A DNA stretch of 62,536 nt, counting the filler, from Stramenopiles sp. TOSAG23-6 (taxonomy: Eukaryota): NCBI GenBank assembly GCA_900128565.1. It is 11 parts of 11 records of this genome, joined end to end, with 100 filler letters (N's around TTAATTAATTAA, not from the genome) between each part and the next. Parts side by side here need not be neighbours in the genome. Positions count along the whole stretch, not along the records: positions 11,427 to 17,037 come from LT636870.1; positions 17,138 to 22,745 come from LT636871.1; positions 22,846 to 28,452 come from LT636872.1; 8 more parts are not named here. One strand, given 5' to 3'. A program made the position numbers and the translations under genes. Of the stretch, positions 11,327-23,476 are shown in pieces; the stretch's first letter is position 1; every line of letters begins with the position of its first letter. The notes beneath the pieces were generated by a model. It worked only from the letters and a program-made list of their open reading frames with translations. It was not told the origin of the DNA and did no database searches.

Positions 11327-11503
11327 NNNNNNNNNNNNNNNNNNNNNNNNNNNNNNNNNNNNNNNNNNNNTTAATTAATTAANNNNNNNNNNNNNNNNNN
11401 NNNNNNNNNNNNNNNNNNNNNNNNNNTTTGGTAAAAAAATTGTTAGGTACAAAATTTCGTATGAAAAAAAACAATTGATAAAAATTCAATTTTCAAAACG
11501 TAC

Positions 11504-11984
11504 AATATTGGACATAGGCAATCTCCTGACAAATTCCACAGAGTGCCATTGGTGGAGGACATGAAACTTTCATCCGCTCTATCATATTTTTATTTGCATT
11601 TAAGAACCCGGAAGCATCACGGCATTGTCTACATTTTGTATTTTTTGAAAGAGACTTTAATCGTTGTTTCTGTTCTTGGCTCTCCCTTGCATGAGCCACC
11701 TGTTGTTTGTGAAGTGCTGTGCTAAATCGAAGGCTAAATTGTGATTGCAGTCGTTTCTCTGATTCAACCGACTCAATGTTTTTGTTTTTTGGAGTATAGA
11801 GATTAGAATCGGATGCATTTTTTTGAAGCCATAATGGAGGTTTGCTCCAATCAAACATGATTTTGGATGCGGTTGTTGGTTCAGTAGTCGTTTTTGGCTT
11901 TTGGAGTTGATCCATGCTTACATGACCACAAAAAACTAAGTCTAATGCAAACAAAATAAAAATATTACTCAATATGATACACAT
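11504..11984 (-). CDS. Hypothetical secreted Cys-containing protein, first exon; a consensus intron starts at 11503
   Basis: Hydrophobic N-terminus, CxxC pairs; the ORF runs into GTACGTTTT plus the core motif. Confidence 0.55.
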
Positions 11985-12278
11985 ATAATATGATATAAGG
12001 TATTCTCAGTAAAAGTCAATGTAAAGCAAGTAATAATTTGAATGAGAGTTATTGTTGTTATCTACGGAGTAGCTACTGCTATATTGGAAGTTGGATATTT
12101 TTTTTCTTTTTTTATAGTTTTTTTTTTCTTCGCTCCAGACAAACCTGCTTTTCGAATCGCCGCGCATTTCAAAGATTCCCTCCATTTCAAACGCTTTTTT
12201 GAACACGAAGAAGAACAAAATCTTTTTTTTCTCTTTAGTTTTACCCAGACAACAACTTGACAAAAGGTAAGGTTGAGA

Positions 12279-13799
12279 ATGCTAAAGGTTGTCTTTGGAA
12301 AGCCAGTACGCCAACGTTGTCATAACCGGACAAAGCCAAGTGCGCGTCAGCAAAGAAAGGCTGCAGCTAATTTGGCTAGTCGTCCTCAGTGGGATTCAAC
12401 AAACCATGATCTTGCCGCTCACCGCGCCACAAAAGAAGATTTGCTTGAGAGAAAGCTCCAACATATGTCCAGACATAACATTTTTGGATGGAAACAACTA
12501 GGCGATGAACTTTTGGATCATCCTGCAAATCCTCGAATACAGAAAAAAATGTTGCGCAAGAAACAAAGGAAAAAGAAAGAGCCCGAAATACTAAAAGACC
12601 GAAATACTAAAGAATTGCAGAGCAAAAGAAAATGTACCTTCGTCACGTGTTGCAGAAACTATCATTAATAACCAAGATGACACCAAAGAAAGATATAAAA
12701 ATGTCTCAAATAAAAAACACAAAGAAAAGTTTGAGAAACATATAAAATCTGTTCGATCTCGTGCACCTTTACAATCGGTTTGTATGAATGTTAAAAATGG
12801 TAATTCCTTGAAAGTCAGAAAAGCATGTAAAACAGGCAACAAAAGTCATAAAAGAGATACTAAGATTCCAGATACACCTCCAAATGGAATTAAGTTTGCT
12901 TTTGGAAAGCGAATTGACATTCACAAAACTGTACCTCGCCAGATATCTGGAGGAGGACACCCCTGGATTAAACAGACTAGTCAACCTAAGCTAATTGTAC
13001 AATATAAAAAAATGACAAATATGAGTCTACCTGAGAAGACGAAGAAACTTTGTGAACAAAAGAAGAATAAAATTAAAGAGAATCATTTTGTAGACGCCGT
13101 GTCCTGTATAGATGAAGAAGCTGAAATCAGGGAATTTGAGCGACGTACTCAAGACAAGAAAAAAACTTTTTATAAAACTAAAAATTTCAAAAATACAAAA
13201 TCTAAAAATACTGAAATTTCTAATCAAGATTTTAGTAACAAACATTTATTAAAGCAGTATAAAACAACTAAAGCAATGTTCGATATACACACTGAAAGTA
13301 CTGCAAGTAAAAAAGAAAAGAACGATGAAAAACTGCTCAAGGAAATGACGGAAAATACAGAGAATGTTGAAGTTGTATGTAGGACAAATTTCGTACGAAA
13401 TAAGACACACCCAAAGAGACGCCGATCATTATCGATCTTATTTCGAACGATACTCTTGCTACGACACAAGATTACTTTTCACGAAATACAAGTACAAATT
13501 CAGTAGAGATGCAAACAACTACACTCTCCAGTAGTAAAGTTGAAAAAACAATCGAAAGCAAAACTCCAAGAGCAGGTGGTATCAGAAAGGTCGAACAAAA
13601 AAGTCGAAATCAAAAGAGTATACAGGAGCCAGTATGCCGACCTGCGTTGAAGATGACTCCAACAATACGCCCTTGTATTAAAGGGGCAAGTGTTTCTCCA
13701 AAAATGTCTGGTGTTTTTGTGTCAAGTATGCAGTCTAGAAGAATTTCAGCAATGCCAATGATGAAAACAAATCCTTTTTTTTCTGCCCAAATTATTTAG
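12279..13799 (+). CDS. SPICE1-like centriole protein; frameshifted by a 16-bp duplication at ~12583, one intron
   Basis: WDSTNHDLAAHRATKEDL resembles the SPICE1 N-terminal motif as recalled; three ORF pieces can be joined. Confidence 0.6.
13375..13487 (+). other. GT-AT intron with internal inverted repeat
   Basis: GTT|GTATGT...TTTTCACGAAAT|ACA joins ORF 12784 to ORF 13509 in frame. Confidence 0.6.
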
Positions 13800-13894
13800 T
13801 TTGACACGATTATTTCTTCAATAAAATATCCAAAGAGTACTTAGACAATACCTACTCATACATATTTTTAGTATATATCAAAGTACCATTTTGT

Positions 13895-14281
13895 CTAAGG
13901 TGAAGAGCTAATTTCCGATATTGCACTTTCTAACTCACTTCGCATATCACTTAAATGATTTTGTATGTATACAAGTTTCTGTCTACCTAATTCGGCTTTT
14001 CTCTTTGGAACATACGCATTTTTGCTATATGGTCTATAATCTGTAAGCATATTTTTATGAGTACCAAGATCGGCAAATATTTCACGAATGGATGAAAGGT
14101 ATACTGTTGATAATTGCTTTGCTTTTTCTATTTCAGATGGATCGATTTTCTGAAGTACTTCAAGAAATTCAGCGGCTGTCTCCAACAACCCAATCGTCTT
14201 TTCTTCAATTGAATCTAATTCTAAGAGAAATGTCTCCGTTTTGGAGTGAGTATCATCCGTCATATTTGTTGATTCCGACAT
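13895..14281 (-). CDS. MED11: Mediator subunit 11-like protein
   Basis: 128 aa helical protein with L.ELDSIEE.....L..A...L..L and Y.PY....Y..R patterns. Confidence 0.6.
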   Translation of the reverse strand: MSESTNMTDDTHSKTETFLLELDSIEEKTIGLLETAAEFLEVLQKIDPSEIEKAKQLSTVYLSSIREIFADLGTHKNMLTDYRPYSKNAYVPKRKAELGRQKLVYIQNHLSDMRSELESAISEISSSP

Positions 14282-14497
14282 TGATGGAATTTATTTGGTG
14301 AAGCAATGGCTATAAATTTACGTACGATTTTTACTTTGTTGTATAATATGATCAGCTACTATTCGAGAGAGCCACGCATTTTTTTTGGCCATCATCAAAA
14401 GAATCAAATCGTGCCGACATTATTTTCAAAAATTTTATAATAGAAGGCAAGGGTTAGGGTTAGGTGACGCTTTATTTAAGAAATAGAAAAAAAATCA

Positions 14498-15385
14498 TCA
14501 GAGTTTTGTGTGTTGAATTTTTAAGGACAGATCCAAAGATGAATACCCTTGAGTCAAAGCCCCCATACTAAGAACATCAACGTGAGGTGCAGCAAAGGAA
14601 CAAATACTATCAGAACGAATTCCTCCACTACACTCAATAATTACGTTTGGAAATTTAGACTTTATTGTTTTTGCTACATCTTCAACTGAGTCCGGTAAAA
14701 AATTATCAAGCATAATAATATCTGCCCCAGCATCACAAGCTTCTAAAGCATCTGCTAAAGATCTACATTCAACTTCAATTTTTGTAGAAAATCCACCCAC
14801 AGTCTTGGCTTCATTAACTGTTTTAGTGATGCTCCCTTTACTCCAAATATGATTATCCTTCAGCATTATCATTTGGGATAAGTCCATTCTGTGTGTTGAT
14901 CCTCCACCAACTAAAACTGCATACTTTTCAACGATACGAAAGCCAGGTGTTGTCTTGCGTGTTGCGGCTACATGGCCTTTCCAGCCTTCCTTTCGTACTT
15001 TATTTACAATGGTTTGAGTCATTGTTGCAATTCCAGATGCTCTTGTCACTATATTTAAAGCGAGTCTTTCGCCCATCAAGATTTTCCTTGCTGGACCAGT
15101 GACTTCAGCAATTACAATACGATTTGTATCAGACGCATCTTCGCAGTATTGACCTTCTTCGATCGCACCTGTCCATCGCACTGAACAGTCAAACTCTTCA
15201 AATACAGCTTCAAAGAATGGTTTCCCACAAAATACACCTCGAGATTTTAACAAAAGTTGGGCAGTTTCTTGTTTATTACCCACAACAAAACCACCATAAT
15301 CAAATGACGGTATATCCTCTTTTATCCAAAGTTTTAGCCAATCGCGCCATGTTGGTGGCAAAAGGTGGGCTAGCTCCAAAGGCAT
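14498..15385 (-). CDS. QPRT: Nicotinate-nucleotide pyrophosphorylase (quinolinate phosphoribosyltransferase)
   Basis: [47 protein letters not shown]. Confidence 0.96.
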   Translation of the reverse strand: MPLELAHLLPPTWRDWLKLWIKEDIPSFDYGGFVVGNKQETAQLLLKSRGVFCGKPFFEAVFEEFDCSVRWTGAIEEGQYCEDASDTNRIVIAEVTGPARKILMGERLALNIVTRASGIATMTQTIVNKVRKEGWKGHVAATRKTTPGFRIVEKYAVLVGGGSTHRMDLSQMIMLKDNHIWSKGSITKTVNEAKTVGGFSTKIEVECRSLADALEACDAGADIIMLDNFLPDSVEDVAKTIKSKFPNVIIECSGGIRSDSICSFAAPHVDVLSMGALTQGYSSLDLSLKIQHTKL

Positions 15386-15701
15386 TTTGATAAAAGTTGT
15401 TGTGTAAAATACTTATAGGTAGGTCCTAACGACGAATTCAATATGATCAATCAAAATAGCAATTTTCGAATTTTGACAGAATAAAAATAAAACAATGTCA
15501 CGTAAGATACTAGCCTAGGGTTAGGGTTTTTTTGATGCCGACGGGTAATTTTTCATTTCCTCGTCTTGACTCTTGACTCGAATTATCACGCATACAAAAC
15601 AATTGTTTTTATATAATATATAATATATTGTACATCGTCGGATGCTGACGAATGTCACAGGATTGTATTGCATCCGTTCATTTTAAGTTGTAGCTATATA
15701 G

Positions 15702-17037
15702 ATGTTATCACCAATGAAAGCATTGGAATATTTGACACATGAGTTGAGAAGTTCTGGAGAGAAAGATGTCCGTGAATTTGTTTCCCAATTGTCTGAACTT
15801 TTGGAAGACGAGGCTTTAACTGGTTACTTATACACAGCGATTGTCGGGGCAGATTCATTAGATGAAGCATGCGAAGTTATGTCTAATTTTGTACCTGCAT
15901 TTTCAGACACACCAAAAGATACACAAATAAAAGCTATCGAGTATTTACGGAACCCAAAGATCCAACCAGAAAGTAGAAATAGAAGTATCTCAACTGAAGT
16001 TGCGTTAGGCAAAAACGGTGTAGATACAACTGATAAAGATGAAATAGATCAGTTCACTGACCAGATGTGGTCTTGCTCTAGGTGTACTTTTGTGAATAAA
16101 GTGGGGGAAACAAATTGTGGCATATGTATGACTTTAAGGACTGAAGATTTTCCTACGTTATCTTCTCACACACAACAGGTCGTTGATAGTAGTAGTCGAA
16201 ATATACGTAAAAGTAAGGGGAAATGTAATGTGGATATGAATATTGAATCAATTGATCCTGAGGTTGATATTCTTTCCTGTCTTAAAGAACAACGTATGAA
16301 AGTTAAAGATAGTATTCGTTTTCATGAAATTAAGATGATACTTTCCAACTGTCTTCGATCTCATAATAATAAAGATATAACAAATGATGATGTTTCTGAT
16401 GTCTCTACAGAATTGAAGGAAGTTCTTGAGGATGAATCATTCACTGAATATATTTATAGTGCAGTAGTCGAAGAAACTGTTCAAAATGCTGTACAAATTC
16501 TTAGTAATTTTTTTCCATCTTTTGCGAATGCAGAAATAGATGCACAGACTGAAACAATTATAAAAATAAAAGATTTTGCTAGTAAAAACAACGTAAAAGA
16601 TAAATTAACACATCAAATATCAAACTCAGAAAAAAATAGTAAAAAATATAAATCGATGAAGAGTAAAAAAAAGAAGAAGAAAAATAGTAAAAAACAAAAT
16701 ATAGAAAAACAAGAATTTGATTATGGGAAAATTCAAACAGGTACAAAATCAGAAATTAGAACTGAATCAAATATCATGAAAGCAGCAGAAGAATGTGTAA
16801 TGAAATCATTGAATATCAAACCATCATCTGAAGTATATACCCTTGTAAATTCACTATGTGATCTTGTTGGTTTGTCTTCCACTGGAAATATTTCAACCAA
16901 TTCTAACAAAAAAACTGTGTGGCAAGTTTTGAGGATACTCGCTGCTGGCGATGCTACAAAAGCTACGGATATACTTCTAGAATATTGTAAAGAAAAAGAT
17001 ATCGATGCAGCTATGTACGAACTACAAGAGCGTTGTG
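15702..17037 (+). CDS. RanBP2-type zinc-finger protein with two related helical repeats; 3' truncated
   Basis: WSCSRCTFVN.....CGIC; repeated L.E.LEDE..T.Y.Y.A.V...SNF.P.F. Confidence 0.65.
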
Positions 17038-17137
17038 NNNNNNNNNNNNNNNNNNNNNNNNNNNNNNNNNNNNNNNNNNNNTTAATTAATTAANNNNNNN
17101 NNNNNNNNNNNNNNNNNNNNNNNNNNNNNNNNNNNNN

Positions 17138-20100
17138 TCGGGCGGATAATCGCGGAAATACCCCATTGTTTGTTGCTTTACAGAAAGATCATGTTGGAGT
17201 AGTTCAACTACTTCTTGGTGTAGAGGGAATTGATGTCAATCAGGCTCCTACAAGTGGATTATCGAGTGGAGAAACCCCATTGTGGATTGCTTCAGAGAAA
17301 GGTCATGATAAAGTAGTTGAAAAACTTATCACGTTAAAAGCAGATGTCAATCAGGCTAAAAAAGACGGATCTACTCCATTGTATATCGCTTCGCAGAATG
17401 GTAATGTTGGAGTAGTTGAACTACTTCTTCTTCGTGGTGCAAATATCAATCAGTCTGATAAAGACGGATATACCCCATTGTATATTGCTTCACATCAAGG
17501 TCACGAAGAAGTAGTTCAAAGACTTCTTGAAGCAAAGGGAATTGATGTCAATCAGGCTGATATACTCGGATGTACCCCATTGTNNNNNNNNNNNNNNNNN
17601 NNNNNNNNNNNNNNNNNNNNNNNNNNNNNNNNNNNNNNNNNNNNNNNNNNNNNNNNNNNNNNNNNNNNNNNNNNNNNNNNNTTATTGCTTCAATGAATGG
17701 TCATGAAGGAGTAGTTCGACTACTTCTTGATAAGGGTGCTGAGGTCGATCAGGCTGATAACAACGGATTTACCCCATTGTTTACTGCTTCAGAGAAAGGT
17801 CATGATAAAGTAGTTGAATTACTTGTCGGTGCTAAAGCAAAAGTCAATGAGGCTAGTAAAGACAGATTTACCCCATTGTTTATTGCTTCAAGGGAAGGTC
17901 ATGTCGGAGTAGTTCAAATACTTCTTGATAATGATGCTGAAGTCAACCTGGCAGATAAAAACAACTAACCTGGCAGATAAAAACAACTTTACCCCACTGT
18001 ATATTGCTTCATATAAAGGTCATCAAGGAATAGTTAAACGACTGATTGCCAAGGGTGCTACCATTGACTTGGCAACTGATTCGCTGGGAGAACGTCATAC
18101 TCTTTCTGGTCAAACTCCTTTACTTGCAGCAATCAGTTTAGTTCATGGTGCAGAGGATTTGGTAAAAATTTTACTTGATGCTGGTGCGAATCCTTCATAT
18201 CCGGTCCCTGGTCAAACTTTATCCGATGTTTTTCGTGTAAAAGGGAGGTCTGAAGTGGAAGTGACAAGATTATTCAAACTTTTAATCGATAGAGGGGCTG
18301 TCACAAAAGATGGTGTACCATCCATTTCGAATTTGCTAAAAGGTTTAGTACTCAGATGGCAATTACAACCAGTTAGATTGTTACTCAATGCAGGGGTGCC
18401 GCCGTACACAACCGGGGGAAAACAAAGTGGTGAAGCACTTTTATCTTTAGTGCATAGTTTTAATTCTAAGAACCCATTTAAAGTTGATGGTGATGAAGAT
18501 TTTAAGACATATAACACAATCCCGCTATATATGATGCATTTACTTGCTCAGTATACTGATCCTAATGATATCAGGGAGACAATCACGAGAAAGATAAAAT
18601 CAAAACAAAAAGATTGGCTAGAAAAAAATAAAGCGATTTTGTGCTTTCTTCTTGAACAACGAGAACAACCACTATTACAAATGCCTCCAAATCGGAAAAC
18701 GAAAACGAAAATGAAGCGGTCATCTATATGTGCAAAATACAAGTCTTTAATGGAGAACATTTCGAAAAAAATTGAATTCGTACACTCCCATAATACAATG
18801 TTTGATCTTTTGTATCTTAATCTTGACAGCGCCGTGGATTACAGCAAACAAAAGAAGTATTTTTTTGACGGCTCTAATAATGCCGCAATCGGTGACAATA
18901 TTGGGGAAGATATACCATTTACCCCACATAACTCATTATTTTCTCAGTTTGAGGAAGAAGAACACGAAAAGAGTCTAAATGATTTAGAGACTTTTCTGGT
19001 ACCCCTTGATCAAGCTATACAAATCTACGGCTCGGAGAGGCACTTGGAAGCTATATATACAATGCAACACTTACTGGGGATATCAAAAGGAGACATTACA
19101 ATGGAGCAGCCAGACTTGGAGATGGAATGCGAGGTTATCGATAGAATACTGATTCGATTGCTTAGTTTAGATGCAAGGGTTAAAAGAATAAGAAAACTTT
19201 ATGAGCATGAGAATGGTCGAAATGACTTACTAGAAAACCCAAGACTTTTAAGAAAGTATCAAGAGATTCGTGAGTTGATTTTAAAGTCAGCGAAGTCAAC
19301 GAAGGTGATGAAAACTTTAAACACGCGCGTAAATAAAAAACTGGAAGCAACACAGAGTGTAATTAAAAGAAAACAACATGAAGCGACATTTGAGGCTACT
19401 TCATATAAAGGTATTGAAATGGTGCAAGAAAGGAAGGCATCAACCATGTGGAATAAAATTGGTGAGATATTATCTATTCCCATGAAAGATAAATTCAATT
19501 GGGAACACGAAGCTAAGAAACTTGCTCAAGCCGATGCTGACGTAGTAGAAATAGAGAAACAATCAGCGATGTCAGCTAGACAATTACAAGATCGTACATT
19601 GCAACAGAGTTCAATAGCTGGATCAGCACAACCAGAACCAGATATGAGTCATATGGCAGTCGAAGATTTGAGCAATGATTCAGGTGATAGCGATATTACA
19701 TCTAGTTCCGATTCTAGTGATGATGGTGATAGCGATAGTACATTTAGTTCCGATTATTCAGTAATGCTTCACGATGATGTGCGAAAATGGGTAGCCACGG
19801 CACCTGATACAGATCGTAAACATTTCATAGCGTTCCTAAGCGGTCTAAAAAATGAAGGTATTGCTAAAAGGCGCAACACGAAGATTTTAAAAAGTTGCAG
19901 AGGTCTTTTCGGTCCAATATACCAATCAAGACTTGATAAGAAGCAAAGAATACTCTGGGAAGTGGATATAACAGGGGAAAACACTGTAATGTATGTAGCA
20001 AGAGTATTAGAAAAGCACCATGCCATAGATTTACGCAGAGCATGTGCATCGATGGGTATGGAGACCAAAGATGAATACGCTCAACTTCAATCCGATCAGA

Positions 20101-22319
20101 CAGTTGCCGCTGCTCAAGCATCAAGAGAAAGTGTCACAGCAATGCAAATGTCATCAAACTATGGGTCTGGGTCTAGTAAATGGTTTAATTTTCTTGTGAC
20201 GTCAACAACAGGTTTAGATTGGAATACTACGTTGATGAAGAAAAATTGGCGACATAATTTTTATTTGACACCTCGACAAACTGAACTTGTAAATATTCGT
20301 GGATTTCTGATGATACAAGCGCGTAGTGGTACGGGAAAGACAGAAGTCATTGTGTCACGAATGATTGCTAGGTCAGCAGAAGATACAGGACAAAAACAAT
20401 TATTTGTTGCACACTCGAAGAGTTTATGCGAAGCAACGAAAAAAGAGATAACTACAGAGTTATCAGTAGAAATGGATTTTAAATCAATTGGTGAATTAGT
20501 AACAGAAATATTCGAAAGTACTCCAATACATAAATATGATGGATTGAGAAAATTTACAAAATCGATGTTTCTCCGTGGATATTCAAACATACTGGAAGGT
20601 GTACGCCGACTTAGTACAAAAAACATTCTCCGTGATATTCCAAAAGACATTATTTGGGCTCATATTCAGACATTGATAAAAGGATCTTTGGATGCTGTGA
20701 AGAATAAAAAGGCATTAACCGAGGAGGAATACATAAAGGTTGCTTCAACAAGGACTAATTTGAATGAGACTGATTTACGTGCAATATATGAATTATTCCT
20801 TTCTTATGACTCCTGTAAATATAGTGAAGAGTTCACACCCATGGGGCATGTCGAAGGTAAGACGCCCAAGCAATTATGGTATGATGAAGCTGAGCTTATT
20901 TTGGATTTGACTGAGACATTAGAAAAACAAAAGAGAACCAGGTATAAATATGTATATCTTGATGAAGTGCAAGATGTTACACCTGCTGAATTGAAATTTC
21001 TTCTACTCTTGGCCGGTAATAATCCAAATGCATTAACAGTAGCAGGTGATATTGCACAGCAAGTCATACCTGGTGTGATATTTAAATATGCAGATGTAAA
21101 TGGCATAATGCATTCATCAGGCGTTGATAGTAAAATAATGACGAAACCAGAAAAGTTATATGTAAATTATCGTACACATTCTGGTGTTTTGAATCTTGCT
21201 AAGTTTTTCATAGACACATTGGTAAAACACTTTGGTTTGCCACCAGGAGAGAGTGATCGTGCAATCAATGAAGGTCCTCTACCTCAAATTTGGATTCCAC
21301 CCAGTGATGAACATACCACAGCATTACGTACTTTTCGTAGAGAGATTGGTGACAGTTGCGACGCAACATTATTATTTAGAACACAAGCTGATCTGGATAT
21401 GTTCATGGCATCCCCAGAATTTAGCGATTATAAAGGAGAAAAAATGACAATACTGCAAGCAAAGGGACTTGAATTTGATAATGTAATACTTGTTGATTAT
21501 TTTTCATCATCATCTAAAATTGTAGGAACAAAAGCATGGAGGCATTTACTTGATGATAGTGTTGGAAAGAGAGATATTCATAATACTATGGAGCTCGAAT
21601 TACGGTTACTGTATACTGCAGTGACAAGATGCAAAGGCCGATTATTTTTTGTAGAATTGCAATGGCCCCAGGACTTAGATTCAAGACTCACAACAAAGCG
21701 TTCGAAGAAGGCGTTTCGAGGTTCACCTGAGAATGCTGAAATCGCAATTTCTATTAGCAATTGGCTTCTAGGAAATGGATCTCATGTATTTGCATCGTCT
21801 ACATCAACAGATGGTGTTATTCACATGGGTGGCTCAAGAATGTCTTCAGCAGATGGACATACACATGCATTGGCCACATTAATTCCTGAAGTAAGCGGAA
21901 ATGCTGAACCAGGAAAGATTCTTCATCTAAATCAAATGACAACATCAAAGAAAAGAGACGCGGCATTTACTTATGTCCAAAGAGCGTTACAATGTGATGA
22001 TGGTGACGATAGAGCTCGACTGCTTGGTGAAGCAAAGATCTTCTTTAATTCTGCTAAATTATATACATACACTTCTAAAGTAGAGCAACTAGAGAAGTGT
22101 CTCTCAATATCAATAGACCCAAGACAAGTATCTTCTCAATTTAAAAATATTGATGGATTCATTACTTCTGTTATAGATTGCATTACTATTGGCGAATTTA
22201 GAAGGGCTTCTATTATCTTGCAGCTACAGCTTGAGCACCCCGAGAATTGGGAAATGGAAAAAGTCGAAATGCAGAAATATATCAAAATGATGGAAGATTT
22301 AATTTCTGTCCACTCCTGA
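17138..22319 (+). CDS. Ankyrin-repeat + putative RelE-like domain + UvrD/SF1 helicase (TRANK1-like); 5' truncated
   Basis: About ten G.TPL.IAS..GH ankyrin units; ARSGTGKT, LDEVQD, AGDIAQ, NYRTH, AKGLEFD, LYTAVTR. A 22-bp duplication at 17945 shifts the frame. Confidence 0.85.
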
Positions 22320-22441
22320 AGCAACAAAGTGAATATTGCGTTTTAGTTTGGTAACCAATAAAATTGAACTGTATATTTTTTTCAATATTTTATTCTTCAA
22401 GCCATTTAAGATTAATTCAATTGTATATTTTTTTCAATATT

Positions 22442-22690
22442 TTATTCTTCAAGCCATTTAATATTCCCCATCAATAAATATGGTCCAGGTAGTTTCCCGG
22501 CACATGGTACCATTAATGTGATAGTTCGCTTTTCTTCATCAACTGAAGTTATGTATACAAAACCTGCAGTATTAGTAGTGAGTAATTCATTTTCATTTTG
22601 GCAATGTGATACAGCCATTATGGAATGCATCAATGCACGTTCTGGTTCACGTGGGGTAAGCCGAAAAGAAGTAAGACTTGCGACACCTGT
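22442..22690 (-). CDS. CLP1: CLP1 polynucleotide kinase, last exon (preceded by a consensus AT acceptor at 22691)
   Basis: HSIMAVS...TNTAGFVYITSVD...TITLMVPCAGKLP. Confidence 0.8.
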   Translation of the reverse strand, partial: TGVASLTSFRLTPREPERALMHSIMAVSHCQNENELLTTNTAGFVYITSVDEEKRTITLMVPCAGKLPGPYLLMGNIKWLEE

Positions 22691-22845
22691 ATGTATTTTG
22701 GAAAAATATTTGAAAAAAAAAACGTTAGGTACAAAATTTCGTACGNNNNNNNNNNNNNNNNNNNNNNNNNNNNNNNNNNNNNNNNNNNNTTAATTAATTA
22801 ANNNNNNNNNNNNNNNNNNNNNNNNNNNNNNNNNNNNNNNNNNNN

Positions 22846-23077
22846 CTTAGAAGTATTGAAATGGTTAAGAAGTCAAAATCCACCTTGTCCATGGAATGAA
22901 CTGACGTGTAGTGAAGCAGCTAAATATGGTCACTTGGAAGTATTACAATGGGTAACAAGTCAAAATCCACCTTGTCTGTGGGATGAAGGCACATGTATTA
23001 TTGCAGATGCAAAAGGTCACTTGGAAGTATTACAATGGTTAAAAGAAGTAAAAGCACCAGGATATCAAAATTATTAG
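22846..23077 (+). CDS. Ankyrin-like repeat protein fragment (LKWLRSQNPPCPW type)
   Basis: Two W.E.TC..A...GHLEVLQW repeats. Confidence 0.75.
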
Positions 23078-23476
23078 TATTTCAAACTCCATTGGGTTCA
23101 AAGAGTATATTATATATATGATATACAACCGAATTAGCTAATAATAAAATCATGGTAATATATTTAAAATTTAAATGTATGATATATATAATTGTAATAA
23201 AACTATAATCTATGATCTTCTCAGACGTATTTGAGTAATATAATTTACTATATAATTGTAATATTTTATAGATATGTACAAAACTGTCACATTTATGCTC
23301 TCCCTTTTTATTTTTCAGAATATGATGGCCTTCTTTTTTTTTGCAAGTTCGATTAGAGATGCATTTGAGATTGATGATTTCAGTTCGATTGAGTTGTTAG
23401 TTAAATAATTTCAAATTTCGAAATTGGTATTTTTATTATCAAATCTTAAAAATGAATAAATGAATGAGATTCTCAA

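Noticed and set aside
12583-12611. Frameshifting 16-bp duplication in the SPICE1-like gene (and 22-bp at 17945-17988 in the ankyrin-helicase) as programmed frameshift or micro-intron
   Set aside because: Simple tandem overlaps of this kind are typical of assembly joins; no splice or slippery signals seen. Needs read checking.
22846-23077. Giant-virus insertion suggested by the PCPW-type ankyrin repeats
   Set aside because: Such repeats are also common in protist nuclear genomes; no viral hallmark genes are present and the fragment is contig-truncated.
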